A stretch of DNA of 64,000 nt from Candidatus Parcubacteria bacterium (GTDB taxonomy: Bacteria; Patescibacteriota; Minisyncoccia; UBA6257; 2-01-FULL-56-20): NCBI GenBank assembly GCA_027450205.1, contig DAIDJL010000004.1:11932-75931 (forward strand), written 5' to 3'. The notes under the pieces are model-generated. The model was not told where the DNA came from and made no database searches. It saw only the letters and a list, made by a program, of their open reading frames with translations. The position numbers and the translations under genes are program-made. Numbering within the stretch: the stretch's first letter is position 1; each line of letters begins with the position of its first letter. Below are positions 38,242 through 48,312 of this stretch, piece by piece.

Positions 38242-39012
38242 ATGAACATAACAATAATGCCCTCAAAAAAACTCTACTCCCAGGTGTCATCGGGCGACCT
38301 CGTCCTCGACAGCAGCGGGGAGAAGGATAAGCAATATGTATTGAAGCTGCGGGACCTTCCTGCCGACGAAAAGCCGCGTGAGAAGCTCATCAAATATGGC
38401 CCGTCGGTGCTTTCGCTCGCGGAACTTTTTGCCGTTGTGCTGAACGTCGGCACGAAAAAGGAGGAAGTGCTGAGCATGTCGCGCCGCCTGCTCAAAGAAT
38501 ACGGTGACAGCGCGATCGTCAACCAAAAGGATCCGGAGAAGATAAAAGAGCTGCTTGGCATCCCGCTCGGCAAAGCCTGCCAGATCGTTGCGACGTTCGA
38601 GCTCGGGCGCCGGTTCTTCAAGGCGCCGGACGGCCGCAAGCCGCTCACGATCCGCACCGCGAGCCAGGTCTATGAATATTTAAAAGATATGAAAGACCTC
38701 CCGAAGGAGCATCTGCGCGGGTTATATCTCGACACGCACTATCAGCTGATCCATGATGAGGTCGTGTCCATCGGCACGCTCACGTCCAACATCATCCATC
38801 CGCGCGAGGTGTTCCGTCCGGCGCTCGAATACTCCGCGTCGGCGGTGATCCTGGCGCACAACCATCCCTCCGGCGTGGCGAAGCCGAGCGACGCGGACAT
38901 CGCGATCACGCGCCAGATCGTGGAAGCCGGCAAGATCCTGGGCATTTCGCTCCTGGACCATGTCATCATCACAAAAAACAAGTTTGAGAGCGTGCCGGTG
39001 GAGTATTTGTGA
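38242..39012 (+). CDS. radC: RadC-family JAB/MPN-domain protein
   Basis: N-terminal HhH-like region plus JAMM motif HNHPSG...SDADI. The ATG at 38242 is preferred over the read-through track start at 37948. Confidence 0.8.
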   Translation: MNITIMPSKKLYSQVSSGDLVLDSSGEKDKQYVLKLRDLPADEKPREKLIKYGPSVLSLAELFAVVLNVGTKKEEVLSMSRRLLKEYGDSAIVNQKDPEKIKELLGIPLGKACQIVATFELGRRFFKAPDGRKPLTIRTASQVYEYLKDMKDLPKEHLRGLYLDTHYQLIHDEVVSIGTLTSNIIHPREVFRPALEYSASAVILAHNHPSGVAKPSDADIAITRQIVEAGKILGISLLDHVIITKNKFESVPVEYL

Positions 39013-39078
39013 TGGAACTGGCGTTATTTAGTTATCCCCAGCTTTGAATAGTGAATTTGATAGAATAGAGATAATCTA

Positions 39079-42000
39079 ATGAGGCAACGATTTCTATCCA
39101 GTCGCATAGCCCATTTTGTTCTGTCTGGAGCCGCCACTTTGCTTGGCGGTTTTCTTTTTCTTCTTCCATCAGCGCAGGCAAGCACCATAAACGTTATAAG
39201 TAATATTACGACGAGTACAACATGGGTTGCGAGTAATGTGTACGTTTTTAATAACAACCTGATCGCAATTCAGTCCGGGGTTACCCTTACCATCGCAAGC
39301 GGTACTGTTGTGAAATTTAACGGCACATCTTCAGGATTGACGGTTGACGGTACATTGCAAGCTAATGGCGCAGCCGGAAATCAAATTTATTTTACTTCCG
39401 TTAATGACAATTCAGTGGGTGGGACTATTAGTGGATCGACAGGGAGTCCGGCCGCTGGTAATTGGGCCGATATCGGGATTGCTTCAGGGGGTATCGCAAA
39501 TATAACCGACGCAGTGGTTCGCTATGGGGGATCTTCAAGCGGGGGGTCTGCGGATATCAATCAGTCCGGCGGGGTGCTTACTGTTTCAAGCACGCAAATA
39601 GCGACAAGTACGTTATATGGTTTGTATATATCTGCCGGAACCAGTACGGTTGAAACGAGCACGTTTACCACAAATGGTTTTTATGGATTCTATGAGACCG
39701 GCTCTGCCTCGCTCACTCTCACGAGCAGCACGTTTTCTCAAAACGACTTCACGGGTTATGTTAATTTTGGAAGCGGCGCTACGTTTATCCCTTCTGGAAA
39801 TTCCGCTTCTGAAAATATTACCGAAAACGGTTATGACATTTTAGGAACCCTTACCAAAAACGAGACATTATATGATGACGGTGTTCCTTATGTCATTGGC
39901 TATAACAATGGCGTTGGGGTCACTATTGCACCAGGGACGTCTCTGACTATCAATCCCGGTACGATTATAAAATTTCTTAAAGTCAGCTCCGCTGCTTATA
40001 TTGATGTAAAAGGCATCCTCAATGTTCAAGGAACATTAACCAACCCAGTATATTTTACCTCGATCAAAGACAACTCTGTTGATTCTGGGACGGGGGGGAG
40101 CACTACATCCACCCCGGGCTTGGGCGATTGGGGAAGTATTGAAATTGATCCCGGGGCAAGTACAACGATTATGAATGCTATCATTCGTTATGGTGGTGCT
40201 ACAGGGTCTGCATATTACAATTCTGCCGATATCGACATAGCGGGAGGCGTTTCATCACTCTCTTCTGTAACGGTGGCATCGAGTAGTAATTATGGTATTC
40301 AATCCACCGCTGGAACGATAACTATTTCAAGTAGCACCATCAGTAGTAATGGGGCATCGGGAATCTACGCATATAGCTCATCCGGCACTATTAATATTTC
40401 GAGTAGCACTTTCGCTAATAACGGTGTTGATGCGGCATTGATTAATTTTACGAGCGCCGTTACCTTTGTTCCTTTAGGGAATACTGCGTCAGGTAATGGC
40501 GAGAATGGGTATGATATCCGCGGGACGTTAAGCACGAACGAGACTTTATACAATGACGGCATTCCTTACGTTATTGGCTATAACAATAATGATGGTGTCA
40601 CTGTTGCCTCAGGGACCACACTTACCATCAGTAGTGGAACGGTCATAAAGTTCTTGCATCAGACTACGGCGTCGTTTCTGGATATAAAGGGACGCTTAAA
40701 TGTTCAGGGAACACCAACCAACAAAGTTTATTTTACCTCAATTAAGGACAACTCAATCGATCCCGGTACTGGCGGGAGCACTACGTCTACTCCAGGTCCT
40801 GGCGATTGGGGACGTATTGAAATTGATTCTGGTGCAAGCACAACAATCAACAATGCTTTCATTGGGTACGGCGGCTATTCCTTGACTCCCGCGACCGATA
40901 TTTACCAAGCGGGAGGTGTTTCAACTATCATTAATTCGCAGATCGCTGATAGTTTAGATGATGGCATCAATATAAACGGAGGAACATCGACTATTACACT
41001 CTCCGAATTTAATGGCAATGGGCATGGTGGAATTTATATGAATGGCGGGATGATCACGATTTCAACAAGCAGCATCCAGGGAAACGTCACTTACGGAATG
41101 TACAACGGTGATAATGTTACTTCCACCGCCATTGCCGAAAATAATTGGTGGGGATCAACAACTGGCCCGACGAATGCCGCGAATCCTGGAGGCACAGGCG
41201 ATGTGGCGTCATCATATGTTGATTTTAATAACTGGCTCAATTATTCTCCGGTAAACGGAACTACAACTTTAAGTAATCTTATGCAGTATAAATCGGATGC
41301 GACAACAACGCTTAGCGAGGGGAGCTCTACCACCGAATCAATTATAGTGTTCGGTGCAAAACTGCAATCATTAGCTACAAGTACAGAAAGCCTTCAAGTG
41401 GAAGTTGAACCAGTGGGTACTATGTTTACCAATACCGTTACCGTATCCAGCACTTATGTGGTTCCCGGAAGCAATGCGACGGCAACATTCCCACTTGTGG
41501 ATACTCGCGAGATCAGCGGAAATGGAAGCTATCATTGGCAGGCGAGGGTAACTGATCAATTGGGAGATACTTCCGGATGGCAATTGTTTGGGCCGAACTC
41601 AAGCTCTACTGATTTCAAAATTAGTGCGGTGCCACTTTATACACAGGTCACGTCGACCTACCCTTCGCCTTCTGCAACTACGGGGACTGTCTGGTGGGCA
41701 CCTCAATTATTAGATGGTATCGCCACAAATACTATCGCCGGCTTCGGCTGCTTAATTACATCTGTGACGATGGACCTTCGATCGTATGGGATAACAACCA
41801 CTACAATGCAAAGTTATATGAGTAGTACCGATGTTAATCCTGCGAACTTAAATGATTGGCTTGAGATGGCAAATAGTTCTGGTACGGGTTATTTCCCGGC
41901 GGGAAGTGGTCTTATGAATTGGCAGGACATCCCTTACTATTCCGAAACTCCATCAGGCACGTTTAGAGTTTGGTATAACGTTACTACCGATCATATATCT

Positions 42001-42633
42001 TCACCTTCAAGCACATGGGTTAATAAATGGCTTGATTATACTTCAACGGGAACGGTGCCAGTAATTTTAACCGAAGGAAATATTTCCGGTGTGACTCATT
42101 TTGTAGTGGCAACGGGATTCGCTAATAACAATAATACTTCGACCTATACCTTACGCGATCCATTCTTTTATAACACTCAATATTTGAATCAAGCATCATC
42201 AACAGCAAATCATATTTATGGATATGCCAATACCTATGCGAGTGCAAATATTCTCGAGCCGACTTCTACCGCTGTTTTGCCTCTTTACCTCGAATATACT
42301 ATTGATAGCATGCACACACTTTTGATCACTGATCCGAATGGAAATAAACTTGGCATAAATTTAGGCACCGGCGTTGAATATAATCAGATACCAGATGCAG
42401 CAGAGGACGATAGTCAGCCGGGCGTTCGTTTTCTTACTATTTACCATCCAATAGATGGAAATTATACGTTAAGTATTGGAGGGTCTGGGAAATATGAGTT
42501 ATCAAGTTTCGTAGCTGATGGGAAGCATATGCCTATTCCGCAGATAATTTCATCAACTACACCATCTTCGGCCGCTGCGATATATCATCAAGATTATAAT
42601 TCTTTGAATCTTTCAGCTAGCACAGTCCAGTAA
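39079..42633 (+). CDS. Giant secreted beta-helix repeat protein (1184 aa) with three tandem ~200-aa modules and a C-terminal Cys/His/Asp-containing domain
   Basis: Signal peptide ...FLFLLPSAQAS. Three near-identical modules each contain GT(V/I)IKFL, YFTSIKDNS, GDWG.IEI, IRYGG and ENGYDI.GTL..NETLY.DG.PYVIGYNN. A Thr/Ser-rich tail carries GFGCLIT ... GVTHFVVATGF ... TLRDP, suggesting a papain-like triad. The GC content is markedly low for this window. Confidence 0.7.
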   Translation: MRQRFLSSRIAHFVLSGAATLLGGFLFLLPSAQASTINVISNITTSTTWVASNVYVFNNNLIAIQSGVTLTIASGTVVKFNGTSSGLTVDGTLQANGAAGNQIYFTSVNDNSVGGTISGSTGSPAAGNWADIGIASGGIANITDAVVRYGGSSSGGSADINQSGGVLTVSSTQIATSTLYGLYISAGTSTVETSTFTTNGFYGFYETGSASLTLTSSTFSQNDFTGYVNFGSGATFIPSGNSASENITENGYDILGTLTKNETLYDDGVPYVIGYNNGVGVTIAPGTSLTINPGTIIKFLKVSSAAYIDVKGILNVQGTLTNPVYFTSIKDNSVDSGTGGSTTSTPGLGDWGSIEIDPGASTTIMNAIIRYGGATGSAYYNSADIDIAGGVSSLSSVTVASSSNYGIQSTAGTITISSSTISSNGASGIYAYSSSGTINISSSTFANNGVDAALINFTSAVTFVPLGNTASGNGENGYDIRGTLSTNETLYNDGIPYVIGYNNNDGVTVASGTTLTISSGTVIKFLHQTTASFLDIKGRLNVQGTPTNKVYFTSIKDNSIDPGTGGSTTSTPGPGDWGRIEIDSGASTTINNAFIGYGGYSLTPATDIYQAGGVSTIINSQIADSLDDGININGGTSTITLSEFNGNGHGGIYMNGGMITISTSSIQGNVTYGMYNGDNVTSTAIAENNWWGSTTGPTNAANPGGTGDVASSYVDFNNWLNYSPVNGTTTLSNLMQYKSDATTTLSEGSSTTESIIVFGAKLQSLATSTESLQVEVEPVGTMFTNTVTVSSTYVVPGSNATATFPLVDTREISGNGSYHWQARVTDQLGDTSGWQLFGPNSSSTDFKISAVPLYTQVTSTYPSPSATTGTVWWAPQLLDGIATNTIAGFGCLITSVTMDLRSYGITTTTMQSYMSSTDVNPANLNDWLEMANSSGTGYFPAGSGLMNWQDIPYYSETPSGTFRVWYNVTTDHISSPSSTWVNKWLDYTSTGTVPVILTEGNISGVTHFVVATGFANNNNTSTYTLRDPFFYNTQYLNQASSTANHIYGYANTYASANILEPTSTAVLPLYLEYTIDSMHTLLITDPNGNKLGINLGTGVEYNQIPDAAEDDSQPGVRFLTIYHPIDGNYTLSIGGSGKYELSSFVADGKHMPIPQIISSTTPSSAAAIYHQDYNSLNLSASTVQ

Positions 42634-42637
42634 TAAT

Positions 42638-43330
42638 ATGAATAAAAAAGGTTCAATAAATATCGCACTTATTATTCTCGTCGTTTTGCTAATAGTTGGC
42701 GCTATTTGGTATTATGAAGCAAATAAGGAGAGTGCATTTCAAATGTCACTTTCTCACGATACTATTACGACAACCTCGATTCAAACAACTGCGGCAAGTT
42801 CAACCGTACCCCCGAGTACTTCATGGTTAGCATCCATAAAGCGGACAAGTCCGGAGGTGGTGCCCGTGCCCAGTTCAGTTTTAATTTCTGAAAAAATTCG
42901 AGGTAAGTTTGCTTTCATCCAAGGAGGAGATGTTTGGGTTGCTGACCAAGATGGAAACAGTCAATTACAACTAACTCATGCGGGTAGTGAGGGGGAGGTG
43001 AGAGATTTCACTTTTTCTCCTAATTTTCAATATCTTGAATATCACATCCCGTGGTTTGGAGCTTACGCTCGTGGAACAATTAATATTCTTGATTTGAATA
43101 CTAATAAAGTAGTTTTTCAAGTCAATGGATTGACTCTTTATCAGTTCGGTACATTTAAATCAATGTTAGGATCTCAAACGCCATACGTAGCTTTCGATAG
43201 TTGGATTAATAATAACCAATTCATTTATGACGCTTGGGGGCTGGATGGTCCCGGTGGCGGAGCAAATGAATATGGAAAGTTACTCGTTGATTTACAAAAC
43301 GGAACGACTACGGTGATACAACCTCAATAG
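42638..43330 (+). CDS. Membrane-anchored hypothetical protein (230 aa), beta-rich
   Basis: N-terminal TM IALIILVVLLIVGAIWYY. Same low GC as the upstream giant gene, and probably co-transcribed with it. Confidence 0.5.
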   Translation: MNKKGSINIALIILVVLLIVGAIWYYEANKESAFQMSLSHDTITTTSIQTTAASSTVPPSTSWLASIKRTSPEVVPVPSSVLISEKIRGKFAFIQGGDVWVADQDGNSQLQLTHAGSEGEVRDFTFSPNFQYLEYHIPWFGAYARGTINILDLNTNKVVFQVNGLTLYQFGTFKSMLGSQTPYVAFDSWINNNQFIYDAWGLDGPGGGANEYGKLLVDLQNGTTTVIQPQ

Positions 43331-43395
43331 GATCTAATGAAACATTTTCGACTTAGGAAATTTTCCTTTGTCGATTTTTCTGCTATAATCTCCCT

Positions 43396-44172
43396 ATGGT
43401 GGATTTCTCGCATTTAACGAAGGCCTATAAAAAGAAGGTGGTCGTGGACGATTTTACGCTTTCCGTGGATGTGCCGATCTTCGGTTTTTTGGGACAGAAC
43501 GGGGCGGGGAAGACGACGATCATGAAGATGATCGTAGGATTGCTCCAGCCCACAAGCGGCACGATAACGATCGACGGGGCGCTCTCGTCGCATCCTATTT
43601 TTAAAAAGAAGCTGGGGTACATGCCGGAGACGCCGTACTTTTACGAGCGCATGACCGGCATGGAATTTTTGCGTTTCTGCGACGAACTTTTTGATAACAC
43701 GAACAGCGGCGCCGATCCGGCGGCACGAACATCGCACTACGAGGAAATTTTAAAGAAGGTGGGTATCTTTGCCGCGCGCAACGCGGAGATCCGCACGTAT
43801 TCCAAGGGTATGCGCCAGCGCCTCGGCTTCGCGCAGTCGCTCGTGAACGATCCGGAATATTTATTTTTAGATGAGCCGCTTGACGGCCTTGATCCGATCG
43901 GCCGGCGGGAAATGAAAGAGGTGATGCTCGCGCTCAAGCACGAGGGCCGGAAGATATTTTTGAATACGCATATCCTCGCCGACGTGGAGGAGATCTGCGA
44001 TGAGGTGGGGATCGTGCACAAAGGAAGATTATTGTACGCCGGCAGCGTGAAGGCGTTCTGCGCGGGCAAGCCGCTCGAAGAGCGGTTCATGGAAGCGGTT
44101 GCGGAACACGAATCGATCGCGCTCAATGCCGTGCCGGCGCACGAGATACCTGCGGGCCATCATCAAAAATAG
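43396..44172 (+). CDS. ABC transporter ATP-binding protein
   Basis: Walker A GQNGAGKTT, Q-loop, signature-like YSKGMRQRL and Walker B LFLDEPLDGLD. Confidence 0.85.
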   Translation: MVDFSHLTKAYKKKVVVDDFTLSVDVPIFGFLGQNGAGKTTIMKMIVGLLQPTSGTITIDGALSSHPIFKKKLGYMPETPYFYERMTGMEFLRFCDELFDNTNSGADPAARTSHYEEILKKVGIFAARNAEIRTYSKGMRQRLGFAQSLVNDPEYLFLDEPLDGLDPIGRREMKEVMLALKHEGRKIFLNTHILADVEEICDEVGIVHKGRLLYAGSVKAFCAGKPLEERFMEAVAEHESIALNAVPAHEIPAGHHQK

Positions 44173-44173
44173 C

Positions 44174-44938
44174 ATGAGAAATATCTTTATCATCGCAAAA
44201 AATACGTTGAAGCTGGAGATCCGTGACAAGATCCTGTACGGCATCATCGTATTCGGCCTGCTCTATGTATTTTTTACGCTTTTTCTTGCCGATCTGGTCT
44301 TAAAGGAGCCAACCATGGTGAAAGCCTTCGGGCTTACCGGAATCTACTTTTTCAACGCCATCATTGCGCTGTTTCTCGGCACGACATCGTTCTTTAAGGA
44401 TGTCGATCGCAAGGTGGTCTATTTCATCCTTTCAAAGCCGGTGTCGCGCGCGCAATTCCTGCTGGGCAAGTTCTTCGGGCTCTGCATGGTGCTTTTGCTT
44501 ACGAGCGGCATCCTTGCCGTGGCGTACGAGGGCGTGGTGACCTATAAGCTGGGGATGTTCGACGGGATCGGGCTCGTGGCCGTCGCGATGCAATTCCTCG
44601 AGATGGCGCTCTTTCTCGCGTTCGCGATATTCGTTTCCACATTCGCGAGCTCGCTGCTCTCCATCGTATATACCTCCGGCGTGTTCTTTCTCGGCCATAT
44701 CGTGAGCCAGCTCGTGATCGATGCGAAGGCGATTGGCATAAGCGGCATCCGGTTATGGCTGGTGGAGATCCTCTATTATGTATTCCCGAACCTGGAGAAG
44801 TTCGACGCGCGCGATTTTGCGATCCACGCGGTCGCCGTGCCGTGGGCTTCGTTCAGTCTGGCCGTTGCATATGCCGCCGCATATATCATTTTTCTCCTTG
44901 CCGCCGCAGTGTGGATCTTCAATAAAAAAGAAATTTAG
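44174..44938 (+). CDS. ABC-2 family transporter permease
   Basis: Six predicted TM helices. Its start overlaps the stop of the ATPase gene. Confidence 0.7.
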   Translation: MRNIFIIAKNTLKLEIRDKILYGIIVFGLLYVFFTLFLADLVLKEPTMVKAFGLTGIYFFNAIIALFLGTTSFFKDVDRKVVYFILSKPVSRAQFLLGKFFGLCMVLLLTSGILAVAYEGVVTYKLGMFDGIGLVAVAMQFLEMALFLAFAIFVSTFASSLLSIVYTSGVFFLGHIVSQLVIDAKAIGISGIRLWLVEILYYVFPNLEKFDARDFAIHAVAVPWASFSLAVAYAAAYIIFLLAAAVWIFNKKEI

Positions 44939-44941
44939 AGC

Positions 44942-45805
44942 ATGGCGCGGCTCAGTAATCCATTTGCAAAATTAGGAGTGCTGGGGCTGCTCCTCGCGCT
45001 GGTGGTGCTTTTGCAGTTTGAATACGACGCCACCAAGATGACGCTTCCCGCGTCGAGCGCCCAGACCATGTCGCCGTTCATGGTGCGCCTGCTTGACATG
45101 GGATTCCATCCCGCCGTCGCATCGTTCCTGTGGGCGACCACGATGCCGGAGATACTCGACCTTTTCAATAAAAAAACGGAATATTTTACCGATCTCGCGT
45201 TCGTGAATGCGGTTGATCCGAAATTAAGCTACCCGTACGCATTTTCGGTGTTGACGCTGCCTGCGGTGCCGGCGAGCGACGATCCCCAGGCGATCGAACA
45301 GGCGCAGGCGATCGGCCGGCAGGGGCTTGCGAACGCGGACACCGATTGGCGCATCGCGTATTATATGGCGACGAACGAATTCCTGTACGCAAAGAACGAA
45401 CAGAAAGCGCTGTGGTATTACAATCTCGCCGCGCAGACGCCGGGCATCCCGGCATACGCCGAGCGATTCTCGTTGAACTTCGGGATAGAAACGAATCAGC
45501 GGCAGAAAACGGAACAGCTGTGGGAGACCATCAAGGATTCAACGAACGATCCCGCCGAGAAGGCGCGCGCGCAGGCTTTCATCGATCACCTCCAGGATTT
45601 TGATTATCTTGACGCGGCATCGAAGCAGTATAAGAAAGCGTTCGGCGTTTATCCGACGTCCACCGCCGAGCTCGTTGCGAAGGGGATCATCCCGGCCGTG
45701 CCGGTGGACCCGTTCGGGTTCACGTTCATCATCCAGGCTGACGGCACATCCGCGATCGACCTGAGCCATTTCCCTGCGTATATGTCGACAAGCTCCGCGC
45801 AATGA
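44942..45805 (+). CDS. Hypothetical membrane-anchored protein (287 aa)
   Basis: N-terminal TM VLGLLLALVVLL. Helical repeat-like body. No family recognised. Confidence 0.45.
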   Translation: MARLSNPFAKLGVLGLLLALVVLLQFEYDATKMTLPASSAQTMSPFMVRLLDMGFHPAVASFLWATTMPEILDLFNKKTEYFTDLAFVNAVDPKLSYPYAFSVLTLPAVPASDDPQAIEQAQAIGRQGLANADTDWRIAYYMATNEFLYAKNEQKALWYYNLAAQTPGIPAYAERFSLNFGIETNQRQKTEQLWETIKDSTNDPAEKARAQAFIDHLQDFDYLDAASKQYKKAFGVYPTSTAELVAKGIIPAVPVDPFGFTFIIQADGTSAIDLSHFPAYMSTSSAQ

Positions 45806-45866
45806 TGCCGTATCGTTGCGCCGGACCGGTGTTCGCTTGAATTTTCCGCGAAAAAAAGCGATAGTT

Positions 45867-46904
45867 ATGGGCGATATGAAACTATCCATCGGCATCGTCG
45901 GGCTTCCGAACGTGGGCAAATCGACACTGTTCCACCTGATCACCAAGCAAAACATCACGATCGCCAACTATCCCTTTGCGACGATAGATCCCAATGTGGG
46001 CGTCGTTGCCGTTCCCGACGAGCGCCTGGAGAGGTTGAACACGCTTTCCGCGTCCAAAAAGAAGATCCCGGCCGTCGTGGAGTTCTTCGATATTGCCGGT
46101 CTCGTAAAAGGCGCGAACAAGGGCGAGGGTTTGGGTAATGCGTTCCTGGATGACATCCAGCTGACGCAGGCGATCGTCATGGTGGTCCGCGCGTTCGAGA
46201 ACCCGGATATCGTCCATGTGGATAATTCAGTGGATCCGGTGCGCGACATCGACATCATCAATTTGGAATTGATGATGAAAGATCTTGCGGCCGTGGATAA
46301 GCGGCTCATGCGCGTGGAAGCGGAAGCGCGCGCGGGGAAGAAGGAGGCGCTGCATGATAAAGAGATTTTGGAGCGATTGAAGAAATCGTTGGAAAGCGGG
46401 GTGTTGCCGGTGAGCGATGCGGACCTATTGCACGCGATCAAAAGCGAACCGCGGCTGAACGACCTGCGTCTGCTTACCGCAAAGCGACAGCTCTACCTCG
46501 TCAACGGAAAGGAATCCGACGTCTCCGACGGCCTGCGCGGCAAGATCGCGTCGCTCGGCGCGGAATATCTCGTCGCCGACCTTTCGTCGCCCGAGGCGGA
46601 ATCGAGCGGTATTCCCGAGCTCGTCAAAAAAGCGTACCACACGCTTGATCTCATCAGCTTCTTTACGACCGGGGAGGACGAGACGCGCGCGTGGACGATC
46701 GAACGCGGAACCAAGGCTCCCCAGGCGGCGGGCGTCATCCATACCGACTTTGAAGAGAAGTTCATCCGCATGGAGGTCGTTCCGACGGATAAGTTATTAG
46801 AGGCGGGCGGCTGGAGCAAGGCGAAACAAAAGGGATGGTTGCGTGTGGAGGGGAAGGAATATGTGGTCGCGGATGGCGATGTGATAGAGGTGCGCCATGG
46901 GTAG
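45867..46904 (+). CDS. ychF: Ribosome-binding ATPase YchF (Obg-family GTPase)
   Basis: G1 motif GIVGLPNVGKST. Matches E. coli YchF through to the C-terminal TGS domain. Confidence 0.9.
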   Translation: MGDMKLSIGIVGLPNVGKSTLFHLITKQNITIANYPFATIDPNVGVVAVPDERLERLNTLSASKKKIPAVVEFFDIAGLVKGANKGEGLGNAFLDDIQLTQAIVMVVRAFENPDIVHVDNSVDPVRDIDIINLELMMKDLAAVDKRLMRVEAEARAGKKEALHDKEILERLKKSLESGVLPVSDADLLHAIKSEPRLNDLRLLTAKRQLYLVNGKESDVSDGLRGKIASLGAEYLVADLSSPEAESSGIPELVKKAYHTLDLISFFTTGEDETRAWTIERGTKAPQAAGVIHTDFEEKFIRMEVVPTDKLLEAGGWSKAKQKGWLRVEGKEYVVADGDVIEVRHG

Positions 46905-46950
46905 GAATGCCGCCCTTTTAAGAAAGATTTAATGCGGCAGCTGGTATAAT

Positions 46951-47589
46951 GTGTTTATGCGGCCATTTCCAACAAAACAATTCAAGGATCTTCCAAGAGA
47001 GCTCGCGCTATTAAAGAAGCTGCGGACCCCCGGAGCGATCCAGGATTTTTTGAACGGTATCCCGTTCAATTTTGAAGAGAAAGGGGAAACACATCGGTCG
47101 CCCGCGATGTTGCTACGGGCAAAGGAGGCCCATTGCATGGAGGGAGCGATGCTCGCCGCCGCGGCGCTGTGGCTGCATGGCCGTCCGCCGCTTATTATGG
47201 ACCTCAAGACGACCGAACGGGATGTGGATCACGTGGTCGCGCTTTTTAAAGAGGGGAATCGCTGGGGTGCCATCAGCAAGACCAACCATGGGGTGCTTCG
47301 CTATCGCGATCCGATCTATCGCGATCCGCGCGAGATCGCAATGTCGTATTTCAATGAATATTTCTTGGATGACGGGACGAAGACCATGCGCAGTTTCTCC
47401 CGGCCGTTCGACCTTTCGCGGCGCAATGATGCGTGGCTGACCACGAAAGAAAAACTGGATGATATCGCCATCGCGCTCGATGATTCTCCGCATGTCATGA
47501 TCGTCGGTGCCCGCGCCGCTGCGCGCCTGCGCCGCGCCGATCCGGTAGAGATCAAAGCGGGAAAGATCGTGGAATGGAGGAAAAAATAA
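46951..47589 (+). CDS. Hypothetical protein (212 aa)
   Basis: Intact ORF. Weak transglutaminase/papain-like hints (AHCMEGA ... DHVVALF) only. Confidence 0.4.
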   Translation: MFMRPFPTKQFKDLPRELALLKKLRTPGAIQDFLNGIPFNFEEKGETHRSPAMLLRAKEAHCMEGAMLAAAALWLHGRPPLIMDLKTTERDVDHVVALFKEGNRWGAISKTNHGVLRYRDPIYRDPREIAMSYFNEYFLDDGTKTMRSFSRPFDLSRRNDAWLTTKEKLDDIAIALDDSPHVMIVGARAAARLRRADPVEIKAGKIVEWRKK

Positions 47590-47706
47590 AAATGAGGCCA
47601 GCGGAACAAAAGAGTTCCACTGGCCTGGAGACGAGTCGTCAAGCCTGAATCTGGGCCGAACTTTGATCAGCCTGGCTGGCGACACCGCTTTTAAATCCTA
47701 TCATTC

Positions 47707-48312
47707 TTAATTCCTTCTATCAAGCGCCGAGCCAAGCGTCTCGTCGTCCGCGAATTCGATCTCGCCGCCGGTAGGAAGGCCGCGCCCAAGCCGGCTGATC
47801 TTTTTGCCGAGCGGCGCGAGCTCTTTCAGCAGGAGCGACGCTTGGAAGTCCCCGAGCGTCGTCGGGTTGAAGCCGAGGATGATCTCGTCGGCCGCGCCAC
47901 CCAGCTCATCCGCGATATATTTCTTTAAGCTAAGAAGCCGCGTTTTTTGCCATGCCTCCAAGAATCCCGTCTTCGGCACGGGGCCGACGATGAAGTAGCG
48001 CCCGGTGAACTTTTTTGTGTTCTCAAGTGAAAGATAATCCGTCTCTTTTTCCACCACCATGATGACGCGCTGATTCCGTGCCGGGTTCATGCAGACGTCG
48101 CACAGTGCGCCCGCGTTCTGATGGATGAAAAAACATCGCTCGCAGATCTTGATCGCGCGCAGGGCGTCGATGCTCTGCGCAAGCACGCGCAGATCTTCTT
48201 TTGGCCGTCCGATCAGGTAGAACGCAAGCCGCACCGCCTGCCGCGGCCCGATGGATGGCAGCTCCGCGAGCGCATCCACCACCTTTTGCACCGGCTCGGG
48301 GAGTTTCATCAT
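47707..48312 (-). CDS. recR: Recombination protein RecR
   Basis: HhH motif LPSIGPRQAVRLAFYL, C4 zinc finger CERCFF...C..C, Toprim domain and Walker-B-like tail. Confidence 0.9.
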   Translation of the reverse strand: MMKLPEPVQKVVDALAELPSIGPRQAVRLAFYLIGRPKEDLRVLAQSIDALRAIKICERCFFIHQNAGALCDVCMNPARNQRVIMVVEKETDYLSLENTKKFTGRYFIVGPVPKTGFLEAWQKTRLLSLKKYIADELGGAADEIILGFNPTTLGDFQASLLLKELAPLGKKISRLGRGLPTGGEIEFADDETLGSALDRRN

